From contig CAWHFU010000011.1 of assembly GCA_963828685.1 (NCBI GenBank), positions 45,893 through 109,892 of the forward strand: DNA of 64,000 bases, read 5' to 3'. Position 1 is the stretch's first letter; each line of letters opens with the position of its first letter. Made by a program: the position numbers and the translations under genes. This DNA comes from an uncultured Pseudomonadota bacterium. GTDB taxonomy: Bacteria; Pseudomonadota; Gammaproteobacteria; Xanthomonadales; Rhodanobacteraceae. This document shows, one piece after another, positions 22,763 through 32,285 of the stretch. Under the pieces are notes generated by a model. The model worked only from the letters and a program-made list of their open reading frames with translations, was not told where the DNA came from and made no database searches.

Positions 22763-23138
22763 TTACTCCCCCTGCGGCCCGCCACGAGCTCAGGATAAGC
22801 ACCAAGACATGCAACAGCCATGCCGCACGGTGCGCATGTAAAAATATCAAAAACGAGCCACCCGATACCCGCTCTGTTGCGGCACATCCCAAGCTCTACA
22901 AGCTCTAGTTGTTTACTGCCTGCCCAGCAAAACTGTCAAGCAATAATCACCGGCACTGCCCAACGCTCGCACAACGTGACCCATATTGGCACCATCTGCT
23001 CACCGGCAACAGCCGTTTGAACACCGCTGTTGCCTACACGGCACCTCGGCAACCGTCCGCCTTACCTTAGTATAGCCGCCTGCCGATTCACGCCTGCCGG
23101 CACTGGCGCACAAGCCCGGCTTTCAACGGAGAACCCTG

Positions 23139-24116
23139 ATGACCCTTTCGGTCGCCGTACTGATGGACCCCATCAGCGCAATCAAGACTGCCAAGGACAG
23201 CACACTCGCCATGCTGCTGGAGGCCCAACGACGCGGCCATTCGCTGCATTACTTCGAACAGGGTGACCTGGCACTGCGTGGTGGCGCACCATGGGCGCGG
23301 CTGGCTCCACTGAGCGTGTGCGACGATCCGCAGCGCTGGTACACGCTCGGCCAGGCGCAATGGCGTGACCTGCGCGAGCTCGATGTCGTGCTGATGCGCA
23401 AGGATCCGCCGGTCGACGCCCAGTTCATCTACGACACAATGGTGCTGGAAGCAGCCCAGCGCGGCGGTGTCTGCGTGGTCAACGACCCGCGCGCCTTGCG
23501 TGACTGCAATGAAAAGCTGTTTGCGCTGGAATTCCCGGCATGCATCGCGCCAACCCTGGTCGCGCGCGATCCGGCGGAATTGCGCAAGTTCACCGCCGAG
23601 CACGGGGAAGTGGTGCTGAAACCGCTGGATGGCATGGGCGGGCGCGGCATCTTCCGGGTCCGGGCCGGCGACAGCAATCTCAATTCGATGCTGGAAACCC
23701 TGCTCGGCGGCGACTCCCATGGCCTCGGCCGGCAGTTGGTCATCGCGCAGAAGTACATTCCGGAGATCAGCGCAGGCGACAAGCGCATCCTGGTGGTCGA
23801 CGGTGAACCGGTGCCTTACGCCCTGGCCCGCATCCCGCAAGGCGACGAATTTCGCGGCAATCTGGCCGCCGGCGGTCGCGGCGAGGGCGTACCGCTGTCC
23901 GATCGCGACCGCTGGATCGTGGCCCAGGTGGCGCCGGAATTGCGTCGACGCAAGCTGCTGTTCGTCGGGCTGGACGTGATCGGCGACTACCTGACCGAGA
24001 TCAACATCACATCCCCGACCTGTATCCGTGAACTGGATGCACAGTTCGGGCTTAACATTGCCGGTCAGCTGTTCGACGTCATCGAGCGGCACATCATCGG
24101 AAATCGTACCGCGTGA
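23139..24116 (+). CDS. gshB: Glutathione synthetase GshB
   Basis: Prokaryotic GshB N-domain plus ATP-grasp (VVLKPLDGMGGRGIFRV, GDKRILVVDGEPV, NLAAGGRGE). Divergent from pilG, as in Pseudomonas. Confidence 0.9.
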   Translation: MTLSVAVLMDPISAIKTAKDSTLAMLLEAQRRGHSLHYFEQGDLALRGGAPWARLAPLSVCDDPQRWYTLGQAQWRDLRELDVVLMRKDPPVDAQFIYDTMVLEAAQRGGVCVVNDPRALRDCNEKLFALEFPACIAPTLVARDPAELRKFTAEHGEVVLKPLDGMGGRGIFRVRAGDSNLNSMLETLLGGDSHGLGRQLVIAQKYIPEISAGDKRILVVDGEPVPYALARIPQGDEFRGNLAAGGRGEGVPLSDRDRWIVAQVAPELRRRKLLFVGLDVIGDYLTEINITSPTCIRELDAQFGLNIAGQLFDVIERHIIGNRTA

Positions 24117-24982
24117 GCGCCACTGCAACTGTCAACTCCTCGCCCAACCCGATCGGGGCCACCCTGCTGTTCTCGCTGCTGCTGCACGGTGTGCTGTTGC
24201 TCGGCATCACCTTCCATTTCGTGAAACCCACGCCGAGCCTGCCGACACTCGATGTCACCCTGGTCAACGTGGCCAACCGGGAGGCGCCGGACAAGGCGGA
24301 CTTCCTGGCTCAGGCCAACAATCGCGGCGGCGGCCAGAGCGATCGCGTCGCACGGCCGTCCGAGATGTTCTCCGGGGCGCTGCCCAAACCGGACCCGGGC
24401 ATCGCGGCGCAGCCCGTGGAGGCCACCACGCCACCGCCGCGGCAGGCCACGCCGACCCGGATGGTCACCACCACCGGCCCCAGCAATTTCAGCGTCACCA
24501 GCGATACCGCGCAGACCGAGGTCGATCCGCAACAGCAGACGGCCAGCGCGGCCGAGCTGCGGCGCCAGCAGACGATCGCCCAGCTGGCGGCGGAATTGCG
24601 CAGGAAGAAGGTGGATTACGCCAAGCGGCCGAAGGTGAAATACCTCACCGCGAACACCCGGGAGTACGCCTTCGCCGCCTACATGCGCGGCTGGTCCGAC
24701 CGGGTCGAACGTATCGGCAACCTCAACTATCCGGAGGAGGCGCGGCGCCGTGGCCTGCATGGCGACGTGCTGCTGACCGTAGTGCTCAACCTGGATGGCA
24801 GCATCAAGAGCATCGACGTGATCCAGAGCTCCGGCGAGAAGATCCTGGACGCCGCCGCCGAGCGGATCGTGCGGCTGGCCGCGCCGTTCCCGCCCGCGCC
24901 GCGGACCGGCGAGCGCATCGACGAGCTCAACATCACCCGAACCTGGCAATTCCAGCCGAACAACGTGCTGCAGACGCGCTGA
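24113..24982 (+). CDS. tonB: TonB-family energy transducer (TonB3-like)
   Basis: N-terminal TM LLFSLLLHGVLLLGITF, a Pro-rich spacer, and a C-terminal TonB domain (YPEEARRRGLHGDVLLTVVLNLDGSIKSIDVIQSSG). 4-bp overlap with gshB. Confidence 0.75.
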   Translation: MSATATVNSSPNPIGATLLFSLLLHGVLLLGITFHFVKPTPSLPTLDVTLVNVANREAPDKADFLAQANNRGGGQSDRVARPSEMFSGALPKPDPGIAAQPVEATTPPPRQATPTRMVTTTGPSNFSVTSDTAQTEVDPQQQTASAAELRRQQTIAQLAAELRRKKVDYAKRPKVKYLTANTREYAFAAYMRGWSDRVERIGNLNYPEEARRRGLHGDVLLTVVLNLDGSIKSIDVIQSSGEKILDAAAERIVRLAAPFPPAPRTGERIDELNITRTWQFQPNNVLQTR

Positions 24983-25021
24983 AACACGGCGCGGGTGGCT
25001 CGCTGCGCTTACAATAAGCAC

Positions 25022-25591
25022 ATGGCCGCCATACAACCCTCCATCCTCACCGGGCACTTCCTGATCGCCATGCCCAACCTGGCCGATCCGCCGTTCTGCC
25101 GTGGCGTGGCGTTGTTGTGCCAGCACGACGAGGATGGCGCGGTGGGCCTGCTGGTGAACCAGCTGTCCGAATACCGCTTCGGCGACGTGCTGGCACAGAT
25201 GAAACTCGACTGCGCGGACAGCGAACTGGGCGACGCGCCGGTGCTGATCGGCGGCCCGGTGCAACAGGAGCGCGGTTTCGTGCTGCACCGCGAGCCCGGT
25301 GACTGGGAGTCCAGCTATCGCATCAATACCGACTGGTCGGTCACCACCTCGCGCGACATCCTGGTGGCCATGGCCGCCGGTGAGGGGCCGCGTCAGGCTG
25401 TCATGGTGCTCGGCTACGCCGGCTGGGATGCCGGACAGCTGGAACAGGAGCTGATGGCGAACGCCTGGCTCACCGCCGAAGCCTGCAGCCGGGTGGTATT
25501 CGATACGCCGCCGGAAGATCGCTGGAGTGCCGCCGCGGGCCTGGTCGGAGTCGATCCGCGCCAGCTGTCCGGCTACGCGGGTCACGCATGA
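25022..25591 (+). CDS. yqgE: YqgE/AlgH family protein
   Basis: MAAIQPSILTGHFLIAMPNLADPPFCRGVALLCQHDEDGAVGLLVN is the family signature. Confidence 0.85.
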   Translation: MAAIQPSILTGHFLIAMPNLADPPFCRGVALLCQHDEDGAVGLLVNQLSEYRFGDVLAQMKLDCADSELGDAPVLIGGPVQQERGFVLHREPGDWESSYRINTDWSVTTSRDILVAMAAGEGPRQAVMVLGYAGWDAGQLEQELMANAWLTAEACSRVVFDTPPEDRWSAAAGLVGVDPRQLSGYAGHA

Positions 25592-26037
25592 GCTGCGTGT
25601 TCGGCTTTGATGTCGGTAGCCGGCTGACCGGCATCGCCATCGGAAATACCTTCACCGCCAGCGCGCGGGCTCTGACGACCGTCGCCGTGCGTGACGACGG
25701 TCCGGACTGGAACCGGCTCGACGCGCTGCGCCAGGAATGGCTGCCCGACACGCTGGTCGTCGGCCTGCCATTGACCCTGGAAGGCGCCGAGCAGACAGCC
25801 AGTCGCCGCGCCCGCGATTTTGCCGCGCAACTGGTCCAGCGCTACGGCCTGCCGGTTGTCTTCGTCGACGAGCGGCACAGCTCGCAGGAAGCCGCCCAGC
25901 GGTTTGCCGCCGCCCGCGCCGCCGGGCTCAAGCGCCGACGCGACGCCGCCGGCATCGACGCCGAAGCCGCCGCCGTCATTCTCGAACGCTGGCTGAGCGA
26001 TCCCGATTCGCCGTCTGCCAACCCCACCGATCACTGA
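25588..26037 (+). CDS. ruvX: Holliday-junction-resolvase-like pre-16S rRNA nuclease RuvX/YqgF
   Basis: FGFDVGSRLTGIAIG..., VVGLPLTLEG, VDERHSSQEA. Overlaps yqgE by 4 bp. Confidence 0.85.
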   Translation: MSCVFGFDVGSRLTGIAIGNTFTASARALTTVAVRDDGPDWNRLDALRQEWLPDTLVVGLPLTLEGAEQTASRRARDFAAQLVQRYGLPVVFVDERHSSQEAAQRFAAARAAGLKRRRDAAGIDAEAAAVILERWLSDPDSPSANPTDH

Positions 26038-26070
26038 GCGCACCGCCCTTCCCCCTTCAGAGCTGCCGCC

Positions 26071-26997
26071 ATGAGTCCTCGCCTGCGCCACCTGACCACC
26101 CTGGAAAATCTGCCGCGCGAGACGATCAAGCGCCTGCTCGACCGTGCCGAGTCGCTGCGGGACGCTTGTGCACACGGCACCCGCAAACTGGACGTGCTGG
26201 CCGGACGCACTGTGCTGAACCTGTTCTTCGAGCCGTCCACCCGCACCCGCACCTCGTTCGAGCTGGCGGCGCGACGGCTCGGCGCCGACGTGATCAACTT
26301 CGACATCGGGCTGTCCTCCACCAGCAAGGGCGAGGAACTGTTCGACACCCTGCATACGCTGGAAGCGATGCATCTGGATGCGATCATCGTGCGCCACAAG
26401 GAGTCGGGCACCCCGGAGGAACTGGTCCGCCATGCGATGAGCGGCGTGTCGGTGATCAACGCTGGCGACGGCAATCGGGCCCATCCCACCCAGGGTCTGC
26501 TCGATGCGTTGACGATCCGTCAGCACCGGCCGGATTTCGAGAACCTCAACGTGGTGATCTGCGGCGACATCAAGCACTCGCGGGTGGCGCGCACGGATAT
26601 CACCGTGCTGAGCACGCTCGGGGTGAAGGAAATTCGCCTGTGCGGCCCGGCCGAATTGATGCCGCCGGTGGATGAGGTCCCGCAGGGGTGCCGCTACGAC
26701 AGTTTCGATCAGGCCATCGAGGGTGCCGACGCCGTCATCATGCTGCGCCTGCAGAAGGAACGCATGGCCTCGATCGACCTGCCGGACGAAGCCGCCTATT
26801 TCAGCCATTACGGCCTGGATCGACGGCGGCTGGCACTCGCCGCCAAGGGCTGTCTGGTGATGCATCCGGGCCCGATCAACCGCGGTATCGAGATCGCCTC
26901 GGACGTGGCCGACGGCGCCCAGTCGCGCATCCTCGAGCAGGTCGGCAACGGCGTATTCGTGCGCATGGCCGTACTCAACGAGGTGCTGGCCCGCTGA
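26071..26997 (+). CDS. pyrB: Aspartate carbamoyltransferase catalytic subunit PyrB
   Basis: NLFFEPSTRTRTSFE, HPTQGLLD and HPGPINRGIEI motifs. Confidence 0.9.
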   Translation: MSPRLRHLTTLENLPRETIKRLLDRAESLRDACAHGTRKLDVLAGRTVLNLFFEPSTRTRTSFELAARRLGADVINFDIGLSSTSKGEELFDTLHTLEAMHLDAIIVRHKESGTPEELVRHAMSGVSVINAGDGNRAHPTQGLLDALTIRQHRPDFENLNVVICGDIKHSRVARTDITVLSTLGVKEIRLCGPAELMPPVDEVPQGCRYDSFDQAIEGADAVIMLRLQKERMASIDLPDEAAYFSHYGLDRRRLALAAKGCLVMHPGPINRGIEIASDVADGAQSRILEQVGNGVFVRMAVLNEVLAR

Positions 26998-27088
26998 TCC
27001 GCCGCGCCGAACCCTGGCCGATCGGCGCGGACAGGGTCAAGCAGGCATAATCGTCGACGCACCATTCACCACTTCACCGGGGAACTTC

Positions 27089-28870
27089 ATGCGATCGACA
27101 ACGCGCTATCTCGCGCTGGGCCTTGCCGGCGTCATGCTGGCGGCCTGCGGGCACAAGGACAGGAATGCACCGCTGGCTTTCGTCCCGGCGGACACGCCCT
27201 ACGTGGTGGCCAACCTGGAGGTCATGGACGACGACACCCGCAAGGCGTTGCTGGCCCAGGCCGATGCACAGCTGCCGTCCCAGCTGACCCAGCTGGATGC
27301 CGCGGCCGACCGCATGGCCGCAAAGGACCCGGACGGCGCGCGCTTGCTGCGGGCGCTTCGCGCCGAGTTCAACGGCAAGACGGTCGAAGGCTTCGCCCAG
27401 ACGGCCGGCCTGGATCTAAAGGGCTATTCCGCGTTCTACGGCCTGGGCATGTCGCCGGTCATGCGCTTCCAGTTGAGCGACCCGACGGCGTTCGAGGGCT
27501 TCGTCAGCCGGCTGGAGACCGCCTATGGCAAGAAGCTCGATGCGGCCAGCGTGGGCAAGCAAAGCTACCGCAGGTATGCGTTCGCCGCGTCAGGCACCCA
27601 GATGATCCTGGCCCTGGTCGACAAGCAGGCGGTGGCCGCGCTGTTGCCGGCCGATGCAACACCGACCATGCTGCGCCAGGCGCTGGGACTGGATCGACCA
27701 AAGGACAGTCTGCAGGACAATGGTCGTCTGGCGGCACTGGCCAAGAGCAAGGGCTACCGGAAATGGCTGGTCGGCGAGCTGGACCTGACCCGTGCGCTGC
27801 CGCTCGCGGTGAGCGGCAAGGATCCGCTGATCGCCTCGATCCTCAAGGCACACGCGGAAGCCGAGTCGGCGAAGACCGGCGAGCCGGTGGCCAACCAGTT
27901 GCAGACCTCGCCGAGCTGCGCCACCGATGCGGCCCGCATCGCCGCCCGCGTGCCGGCCATCAGCTTTGGTTATACCCGGCTGGATGCCAAACACCAGGAC
28001 GTCCGTGTCGACGTGTCGCTGGCGAGTGACATCAGCCAGGCCTTCGCCGGACTTCAGGTGGCGCTGCCCGGACTGGGCGCTGCCGGCACCTCCCCGTTCG
28101 ACCTGAGCCTTGCATTGCCGGTCGCCCCGTTGCGCACGTTCTGGCTGGCCCAGGCCGATGATGTGGCCGCCAAGCCGTTCACCTGCCCCTCGCTGACCGA
28201 CCTCAACGACAGTTTCGCCAAGCTCGGCCCGGCCATGCAGAAGGCGGCCATTCCGCCGTTCGGTGACATGCTCGGGCTGCGCATCGCGCTGGACTCGCTG
28301 GTGCCGAGCCCGTCCTCCAGCCTGCCCACGGCCAGCGGTCGCCTGGTACTGGCTACCAACAACCCGGCCGGCCTGCTTGCGATGGGTCAGATGATGGTGC
28401 CCGCACTGGCCCAGTTGAAACCCGGCGGTGACGGCAAGCCGCAACCCTTGCCGAAGGACATGATCAAGATGCTGGGCCAGCCGGCATGGGTGGCAATGAA
28501 CGACAAGGCACTCGCGCTTGGCGTGGGGGCTGGTGAAGACACCAAGCTTGCCGACACCCTGAAGGACGCCGGCGGCAGTGCCGGCCAGATGACCCGCATG
28601 CACCTGAGTGGAGCGATGTACCTGAACTGGCTGCAGCTGATGGAGCAGAAGGTCGACAGCCTGGCCTCGGCGGCCGCCGCGATGAGCGGCAGCGACGAAC
28701 CCTCGATCGACGCTGCCGACAGTACCGCCCAGGCGGCGGCCAGCGCGGCTCGCTCCAAGGCCCAGTTCGCGGCCATGAAGGCGCAGGCCGCCCGGGTCGA
28801 CAGCATCGATGCCGAAATGCACGTCGACAGCGGCGGCATGGTAATCAGCAGCCAGACGGTACTGAAGTAG
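27089..28870 (+). CDS. Hypothetical lipoprotein
   Basis: Lipobox GVMLAAC at the N-terminus. 593 aa and Ala/Leu-rich. No family recognised. Confidence 0.55.
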   Translation: MRSTTRYLALGLAGVMLAACGHKDRNAPLAFVPADTPYVVANLEVMDDDTRKALLAQADAQLPSQLTQLDAAADRMAAKDPDGARLLRALRAEFNGKTVEGFAQTAGLDLKGYSAFYGLGMSPVMRFQLSDPTAFEGFVSRLETAYGKKLDAASVGKQSYRRYAFAASGTQMILALVDKQAVAALLPADATPTMLRQALGLDRPKDSLQDNGRLAALAKSKGYRKWLVGELDLTRALPLAVSGKDPLIASILKAHAEAESAKTGEPVANQLQTSPSCATDAARIAARVPAISFGYTRLDAKHQDVRVDVSLASDISQAFAGLQVALPGLGAAGTSPFDLSLALPVAPLRTFWLAQADDVAAKPFTCPSLTDLNDSFAKLGPAMQKAAIPPFGDMLGLRIALDSLVPSPSSSLPTASGRLVLATNNPAGLLAMGQMMVPALAQLKPGGDGKPQPLPKDMIKMLGQPAWVAMNDKALALGVGAGEDTKLADTLKDAGGSAGQMTRMHLSGAMYLNWLQLMEQKVDSLASAAAAMSGSDEPSIDAADSTAQAAASAARSKAQFAAMKAQAARVDSIDAEMHVDSGGMVISSQTVLK

Positions 28871-28890
28871 CGGCATCGATCCATGCGCGA

Positions 28891-28920
28891 GCCGGGGCGC
28901 TACGGCGCCCCGGCTTTTTT
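28891..28920 (+). terminator. Rho-independent terminator
   Basis: gccggggcgc-tacg-gcgccccggc followed by tttttt. Confidence 0.65.
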
Positions 28921-29121
28921 ATGCCCGCAGTGGCGAGATTGAACGCCGTTCCAACATCGTCGCGACGTCTTCCTCGCAGTCATAATTGCCCGCTGAATCG
29001 GCACATCTGGCCCAGCCACACAATATTCACGCCGGGGCTGCTGCCATGCCTTCACGGAGGCCGGCGTTCACGGCATCCGGCTGTCCCCGCGACAGACTCC
29101 CTTCCCCGCCAGGAGATTGCC

Positions 29122-29521
29122 ATGCGCAACTATTCAATGATCCGAACCAGCCTGATTGCCATTGCTCTGGTGCTGGCTTTTGCCACGGTGCCGCTCAGCC
29201 AGACAATGGCCCAGGACGCAGGCGCCATGCAGAAGTCTTCGGACAACCGGACCGTGCCGGACAAGGCCGCCGATGCATGGATCACGACCAAGGTGAAATC
29301 CGAATTCGGCGACCGCCAAGGGCGTGTCGGCCACCGACATCTCGGTGAGCACCAACGATGGCGTGGTCACGCTCAGCGGTACGGTGCAGAGCGAGCGCGA
29401 GAAAATGAAGGCCATTCGCGTCGCCAGGAAGATCAAGGGCGTCAAGAGCGTCGACGCAGCCGGCCTGAGCGTCGCGGCGACTCCGCCGGCCGCACCGTCG
29501 CCGAGCACGAGCGGTCGCTGA
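29122..29521 (+). pseudogene. BON-domain (OsmY-like) periplasmic protein, frame broken near 29305-29312
   Basis: AGGAG lies 6 nt upstream of the ATG at 29122. The signal peptide and AADAWITTKVKSEF are in frame 1. TAKGVSATDISVSTNDGVVTLSGTVQSEREKMKAIRVARKIKGVKSVD (the BON core) is in frame 2. Length is 400 nt, which is 3n+1. Confidence 0.65.
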
Positions 29522-29554
29522 TCCGCACGACGGGAAACCCGCCTCGGAAACTGA

Positions 29555-29580
29555 AAAAAGGGGCCTGCGGGCCCCTTTTT
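29555..29580. terminator. Bidirectional rho-independent terminator (BON gene / pilU)
   Basis: aaaaaggggcc-tgcg-ggccccttttt, an A-run and a T-run flanking a GC stem. Confidence 0.65.
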
Positions 29581-29605
29581 CATGGTTGATCGATGCGCAT
29601 CGACC

Positions 29606-30775
29606 TCAGCGATTCAGCAGGTTGTTGCCACCGAAGTTCTGCGAGTCACTGGACTCTTCCAGCTCGACCCCGTCCAGTCCCTGCGACAGGGTATGCGCGT
29701 CGCCACCCTGGGCCAGTTTGATGCGCAGGCGCACCTCGTTGGAACTGTCGGCGTAACGCAGGGCGTCCTCGTAGCTGATTTCGCCGGCGTGATAAAGCTC
29801 GACCAGCGCCTGATCGAAGGTTTTCATGCCGAGCAGGGTGGACTCCTTCATCAGCTCCTTGAGCTTGTGGATTTCGCCCTGGCGGATGTAATCCTGCGCC
29901 AGCGGCGTGCCCAGCAGCACCTCGACCGCCACCCGGCGTGCCTTGCCGTCGGGCGTGGGGATCAGCATCTGCGCCACGATGCCCTTGAGGTTCAGCGACA
30001 GGTCCATCAGCAGTTGCTGGCGACGGTCCTCCGGGAAGAAGTGCAGGATGCGGTCCATCGCCTGGTTCGCGTTGTTCGCATGCAGCGTGCACAGCACCAG
30101 GTGACCGGTCTCGGCGAAGGCGATCGCGTGATCCATGCCTTCGCGGGTACGGATTTCGCCGATCATGATCACGTCGGGTGCCTGGCGCAGGGTGTTCTTC
30201 AGCGCATTGTCCCAGCTGTCGGTGTCGATGCCGACTTCGCGCTGGGTGATGATGCAGCCCTCGTGCTTGTGCACGTATTCGATCGGATCCTCGATCGTGA
30301 TGATGTGACCGGTCGAATTCTGGTTGCGGTAGCCGACCATCGCCGCCAGCGAGGTGGACTTGCCCGAGCCGGTCGCGCCGACGAACACGATGATGCCGCG
30401 CTTGGTCATCGCCAGCTGCTTGATCACCGGCGGCAGGTTCAGCTCTTCCGGGGTGGGGATCTTCGACTCGATCCGGCGCAGCACCATGCCGACGCAATTG
30501 CGCTGGTAGAAGCACGACACGCGGAAACGGCCGACGCCCTGCGCGGAGATCGCGAACTGGCACTCGTGGGTCTTCTCGAACTCCTCGCGCTGACCGGGCG
30601 TCATCACGTTGAGCACCATGTCGCGCGACTGCTGCACGCTGAGCGGGCTCTGCGTGATCGGCACGATCCGGCCCTGCACTTTCATCGATGGCGCCACGCC
30701 AGCCGTGATGAACAGATCCGAGGCCTTCTTGTGCACCATCAGCTTGAGGAACGAGGTGAAATCGAAATCGCTCAT
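29606..30775 (-). CDS. pilU: Type IV pilus retraction ATPase PilU
   Basis: MSDFDFTSFLKLMVHKKASDLFITAGVAPSMKVQG, Walker A GATGSGKST, and the PilT/PilU Asp and His boxes. Lies downstream of pilT. Confidence 0.9.
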   Translation of the reverse strand: MSDFDFTSFLKLMVHKKASDLFITAGVAPSMKVQGRIVPITQSPLSVQQSRDMVLNVMTPGQREEFEKTHECQFAISAQGVGRFRVSCFYQRNCVGMVLRRIESKIPTPEELNLPPVIKQLAMTKRGIIVFVGATGSGKSTSLAAMVGYRNQNSTGHIITIEDPIEYVHKHEGCIITQREVGIDTDSWDNALKNTLRQAPDVIMIGEIRTREGMDHAIAFAETGHLVLCTLHANNANQAMDRILHFFPEDRRQQLLMDLSLNLKGIVAQMLIPTPDGKARRVAVEVLLGTPLAQDYIRQGEIHKLKELMKESTLLGMKTFDQALVELYHAGEISYEDALRYADSSNEVRLRIKLAQGGDAHTLSQGLDGVELEESSDSQNFGGNNLLNR

Positions 30776-30880
30776 GGCGGGTCTCCTCCGGGAGACAAGT
30801 ACTGGAGATCAGGATAGCGCCAGCGCGAGGGAATTTGGCGATTCTCCGACCTTCCCCTGCTGCGCTGTCCGCTTCCGGCC

Positions 30881-31918
30881 TTACTTGAAGCTGTCCTTGT
30901 TCTTGGCATAGCTGGAGGCCTGCTGGCGGGTCACCAGGCCACGCTTGACCAGATCCTGCAGGCACTGATCCAGCGTCTGCATGCCGAACTGCGTGCCGGT
31001 CTGGATCGACGAATACATCTGCGCCACCTTGTCCTCGCGGATCAGGTTGCGGATCGCCGGAATGCCGACCATGATCTCGTGCGCCGCGATGCGGCCGCCG
31101 CCCACCTTCTTCAGCAGCGACTGCGAGACCACCGCGCGCAGCGATTCGGACAGCATCGAGCGCACCATCGGCTTTTCGCCGGCCGGGAACACGTCGATGA
31201 TGCGATCGATGGTCTTGGCCGCCGAGCTGGTGTGCACCGTGGCGAACACCAGATGGCCGGTCTCCGCCGCGGTCAGCGCCAGCCGAATGGTTTCCAGGTC
31301 GCGCAGCTCGCCGACCAGGATGTAATCGGGATCCTCGCGCAGGGCCGAGCGCAGCGCCTCGTTGAAGCCCAGCGTGTCGCGATGGATTTCGCGCTGGTTG
31401 ACCAGGCACTTCTGCGACGTGTGCACGAATTCGATCGGGTCCTCGATCGTCAGCATGTGGCCGTATTCGTTCTTGTTGATGTGGTCGACCATCGCCGCCA
31501 GCGTGGTCGACTTGCCCGAGCCGGTCGGGCCGGTCACCAGGATCAGGCCCTGCGGCTGCTCGATCAGTTCCTTGAAGATGCGCGGCGCACCCAGGTCCTC
31601 CAGCGTCAGCACCTCGGACGGAATGGTACGGAACACCGCGCCGGCGCCGCGGTTCTGGTTGAACGCGTTGACGCGGAAGCGCGCCAGGCCGGGGATCTCG
31701 AACGAAAAATCGGTCTCGTAGAATTCTTCGTAATCGCGCCGCTGCTTGTCCGACATGATGTCGTAGATCAGCGAATGCACCTGCTTGTGCTCGAGCGCGG
31801 GAATGTTGATGCGGCGCACGTCGCCGTCAACACGGATCATCGGCGGCAGCCCTGCGGAAAGGTGCAGGTCCGAGGCCTTGTTCTTCACCGAGAAGGCAAG
31901 CAGTTCGGCAATGTCCAT
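30881..31918 (-). CDS. pilT: Type IV pilus retraction ATPase PilT
   Basis: MDIAELLAFSVKNKASDLHLSAGLPPMIRVDGDVRRI, GPTGSGKST, and the AIRNLIREDKVAQMYS motif. Confidence 0.92.
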   Translation of the reverse strand: MDIAELLAFSVKNKASDLHLSAGLPPMIRVDGDVRRINIPALEHKQVHSLIYDIMSDKQRRDYEEFYETDFSFEIPGLARFRVNAFNQNRGAGAVFRTIPSEVLTLEDLGAPRIFKELIEQPQGLILVTGPTGSGKSTTLAAMVDHINKNEYGHMLTIEDPIEFVHTSQKCLVNQREIHRDTLGFNEALRSALREDPDYILVGELRDLETIRLALTAAETGHLVFATVHTSSAAKTIDRIIDVFPAGEKPMVRSMLSESLRAVVSQSLLKKVGGGRIAAHEIMVGIPAIRNLIREDKVAQMYSSIQTGTQFGMQTLDQCLQDLVKRGLVTRQQASSYAKNKDSFK

Positions 31919-32285
31919 CTGTCGTTCCCCTCAACCGATCGTCTGGGATGGCATGAATTCGGATGCCACATCGGAGCTCAGGCGACGTTCGCCAGCGTGG
32001 TGCGCCGCAGCGCGTGGCGCAAGCGCCATCGACCCAACGAACGAACGACCCCAATCCCCCTGTAGCCGCGTCGATACTACTCGCGCAACGGGGCGTGCGG
32101 CCAGTCTTTCCCGCCCTCGTCACGCAAACTGTCGATCCGGTTTGTGCACTCGATCGGAAAATCCACGACCACGCGCCACCGGGCTGCCCGGCGATGCCAT
32201 CCAGGCTGCTGTCGCCCGGCACGGGACTGCGCTGTCACGCCGGCTCCGGTAAGGTACGCGGTCTGGACAAACCAAGGAGTCCTGC

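Noticed and set aside
22985-23000. TGGCAC...TGCT as a sigma54 promoter upstream of gshB.
   Set aside because: The GG-to-GC spacing is 8 nt rather than the required 10 nt.
23008-23033. Hairpin caacagc-N12-gctgttg in the pilG-gshB intergenic region as a regulatory element.
   Set aside because: It is only a 7-bp stem with a large loop and has no supporting context. It cannot be distinguished from chance.
31919-32285. Possible yggS gene or remnant between pilT and proC.
   Set aside because: All six frames were inspected via the ORF track. The short ORFs there are Arg/Pro/Gly-rich with no YggS-like PLP-binding motifs. I treat it as a promoter-containing intergenic region.
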